A stretch of 64,000 nt of DNA from an uncultured bacterium. Its GTDB lineage: Bacteria; Verrucomicrobiota; Verrucomicrobiia; Limisphaerales; UBA8199. Positions 63,657 to 64,000 of the stretch are shown in pieces. The notes beneath the pieces were generated by a model. That model was not told the DNA's origin, ran no database searches, and worked only from the letters and a program-made list of their open reading frames with translations. The first letter of the stretch is position 1. Each line of letters starts with the position of its first letter. The DNA is taken from positions 448,001 to 512,000 of the forward strand of contig CAVVMW010000004.1 of NCBI GenBank assembly GCA_963749495.1, given 5' to 3'. Both the position numbers and the translations under genes were made by a program.

Positions 63657-64000
63657 ATGAACGGTCGTTTGTTTGCCAAGTCCATGTTCGTGCTGCGGTG
63701 CGTTGCCGCTGTGGCCGCGACGGTAGTGAACAGCGGCAGCGCGGAGGAAACACAAGGAGCTTTACCGCGCCGGACTGCTCCCGCTTCCTGGCAGGTGCTG
63801 GGGCCTGGCGGTGGCGGGGGCATATTCAGGCCCACGATCAGCCCGCACGACCCGAACCTCCTGCTTGCCCACTGCGACATGACAGGGGCATACATCAGCG
63901 AGAATGGCGGGGATAGTTGGCGCATGTTTTTCACCGGGAACGTCCCCACGGCTTTCGCGTTCGACCCCAGCGACGCGAACGTGATTTACACCGCCACCCG
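63657..64000 (+). CDS. BNR/Asp-box beta-propeller secreted protein (runs off window)
   Basis: WQVLGPGGGGG..PTISPHDP..CDMTGAYISENGGDSW. Confidence 0.8.
   Translation, partial: MNGRLFAKSMFVLRCVAAVAATVVNSGSAEETQGALPRRTAPASWQVLGPGGGGGIFRPTISPHDPNLLLAHCDMTGAYISENGGDSWRMFFTGNVPTAFAFDPSDANVIYTAT

Overview
High-GC bacterial DNA. The gene content points to Verrucomicrobiota subdivision 3 / Pedosphaera-like (inference): a DUF1559-type prepilin protein, Tat-exported glycosidase-like and Gfo/Idh/MocA proteins, and several palindromic REP/MITE families. Many genes carry isolated 1-nt frameshifts, most likely long-read consensus errors. The main discovery is a ~12 kb island (5555-17433) bracketed by a ~390-bp direct repeat of the 3' end of a 981-aa exported gene. 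It holds two modules. Module 1 is an NDT-like nucleotide glycohydrolase divergent from a TIM-barrel-like protein that is coupled to a trypsin-like protease fused to an S1/P1-nuclease/Zn-PLC domain. Module 2 is a tight six-gene operon: pyrF-like, pyrE-like, SIR2-like, degenerate PRTase, unknown, winged-helix-like. Both look like candidate undescribed nucleotide-centred defence systems (inference). The rest of the window contains a pRiA4b ORF3-family gene, a NERD gene, a 13-kb operon of three giant secreted proteins, sugar-utilisation genes, two toxin-antitoxin pairs, an IS1634-family element, and a stretch (48-63.5 kb) of genes that kept their ends but lost their middles. No rRNA, tRNA or CRISPR array was recognised.
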